Below the pieces are notes generated by a model. It was given only the letters and a program-made list of their open reading frames with translations. It was not told where the DNA came from and searched no databases. The position numbers and the translations under genes are program-made. 64,000 nt of DNA from an uncultured archaeon (GTDB taxonomy: Archaea > Aenigmatarchaeota > Aenigmatarchaeia > CG10238-14 > SCSR01). Positions 63,315 through 64,000 of this stretch are shown here, piece after piece (within the stretch, counting starts at the first letter, position 1; every line of letters starts with the position of its first letter). Location: assembly GCA_964373665.1 (NCBI GenBank), contig CAYJVM010000001.1, positions 9,546-73,545 of the forward strand. The letters are read 5' to 3'.

Positions 63315-64000
63315 TCACCTGATTCTATACCTGAGAAAAGCTCCGACGCCTCCAAGTTTCTTGAATTGCATTCCTTCATTAGTTTCCGTGGAGATGATCT
63401 CCACTTTGGTCCCAAAGTTCGCTGCCTTTTCTGAAAGTAGTTCTCCTATATCATCCTTGTCAATCACTTTCATAGGCTGACCGCAGATGTCACACGTTTG
63501 ATTCTGCATTTCGCTTTTTGGCAGGTCTCTTTCCGCTTCATGCGAGCTGTCGCATTTGAGCTTTGTTCTTACCCAGTCAAGCTCTTCCGATACAAGAAGT
63601 GTCTCCACAGCCCCGAGATTCAGCGCTTCTATAGTCTGGGTATAACCATAAACGACATTGCCGCTTTTCTGCAACTCTGTCAAGAATTTTTCTATGAGCT
63701 GCCTTTCCTTCATCACGGAAGCTTCCTTCAGCAAGTCCTCAGATCTGTGCACAAGCTCTTCAAATCCGTGTTCACCCGTATATCCGATGTCCTTCACACC
63801 GATAACCTTGTCTCGGATCTGATAATTGAGATGTTCTTCCTTCACAAACTGGTCCTTTATCGGACCTGGTCCACCTACAACCACACCTTTCAGATCCTTC
63901 TGCTTCATGAACAGATCAGATGCAATCTCAGCTACTTTCTTGAAGTATTCGTTAATAGCTTCTTCCCTGATTCTGTCATACCTGCGCTGACTCATCCCGC
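63315..64000 (-). CDS. prf1: Peptide chain release factor aRF1 (eRF1/Pelota family domains 2-3), C-terminal part; gene continues past the window end
   Basis: VVGGPGPIKDQF (domain 2), C-terminal GGVGAFLRYRI; the frame stays open to position 64000. Confidence 0.55.
   Translation of the reverse strand, partial: GMSQRRYDRIREEAINEYFKKVAEIASDLFMKQKDLKGVVVGGPGPIKDQFVKEEHLNYQIRDKVIGVKDIGYTGEHGFEELVHRSEDLLKEASVMKERQLIEKFLTELQKSGNVVYGYTQTIEALNLGAVETLLVSEELDWVRTKLKCDSSHEAERDLPKSEMQNQTCDICGQPMKVIDKDDIGELLSEKAANFGTKVEIISTETNEGMQFKKLGGVGAFLRYRIR

Noticed and set aside
62759-63415. Track start of the alpha/beta-hydrolase ORF at 63415
   Set aside because: It would overlap the aRF1 gene by 100 nt. The family (RBBP9/YdeN) characteristically starts just before the I-I-H-G-W motif, so the start was re-assigned to GTG 63301.

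Overview
This 64-kb window is archaeal chromosomal DNA. The evidence is the set of archaeal-only ribosomal proteins (L44e, S27e, S4e, S8e, S14 type Z), Rpp29, aSUI1, a partial aRF1, PriS, GINS, an Sm protein, SepF, Hjc-like proteins, and three tRNA genes with short introns. The organism is probably a TACK/Thaumarchaeota-like archaeon; that guess has low confidence. The housekeeping backbone is cysS preceded by an intron-containing tRNA-Cys; PriS (fused to a PriL-CTD-like Fe-S domain) with GINS; the rpl44e-rps27e pair; RtcA; a beta-CASP RNase; tyrS and serS; and a prepilin peptidase. It continues with a long minus-strand r-protein cluster running rpl3 through rps14, then metG, Y-family DNA polymerase IV, purM, purC, NurA, SepF, rps8e, a CaCA exchanger, an MFS transporter, TatD and partial aRF1. 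The accessory content I consider most worth follow-up is listed here. (1) A compact operon at 33.5-35.2 kb encoding an RHH protein, a stand-alone C39-like cysteine peptidase, a small secreted protein and an FHA-domain protein. (2) A stand-alone GGDEF (diguanylate-cyclase-like) protein at 11.4-12.0 kb, a domain that is rare in archaea. (3) A 47.5-57.3 kb mobile/defence island holding an IS4/IS1634-like transposase, a 1125-aa type IIG restriction-modification fusion with an upstream wHTH gene, two tandem Hjc-like PD-(D/E)xK paralogues with E-x-E-T in place of E-x-K, a Panacea (DUF4065) antitoxin-domain gene, and a cassette flanked by ~130-bp direct repeats that duplicate the 3' end of a double-HTH transposase-like gene. 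(4) An array of type II TA cassettes (vapBC, relBE plus a relB remnant) that each end in the same ~18-bp motif. (5) Three uncharacterised genes wedged tightly into the otherwise conserved r-protein operon. (6) A degenerate enolase-like paralogue. Every functional call is inferred from motifs recognised by eye in the provided translations, and no database search was run. The starts of several listed ORFs were moved because they overlap neighbouring genes or tRNAs.
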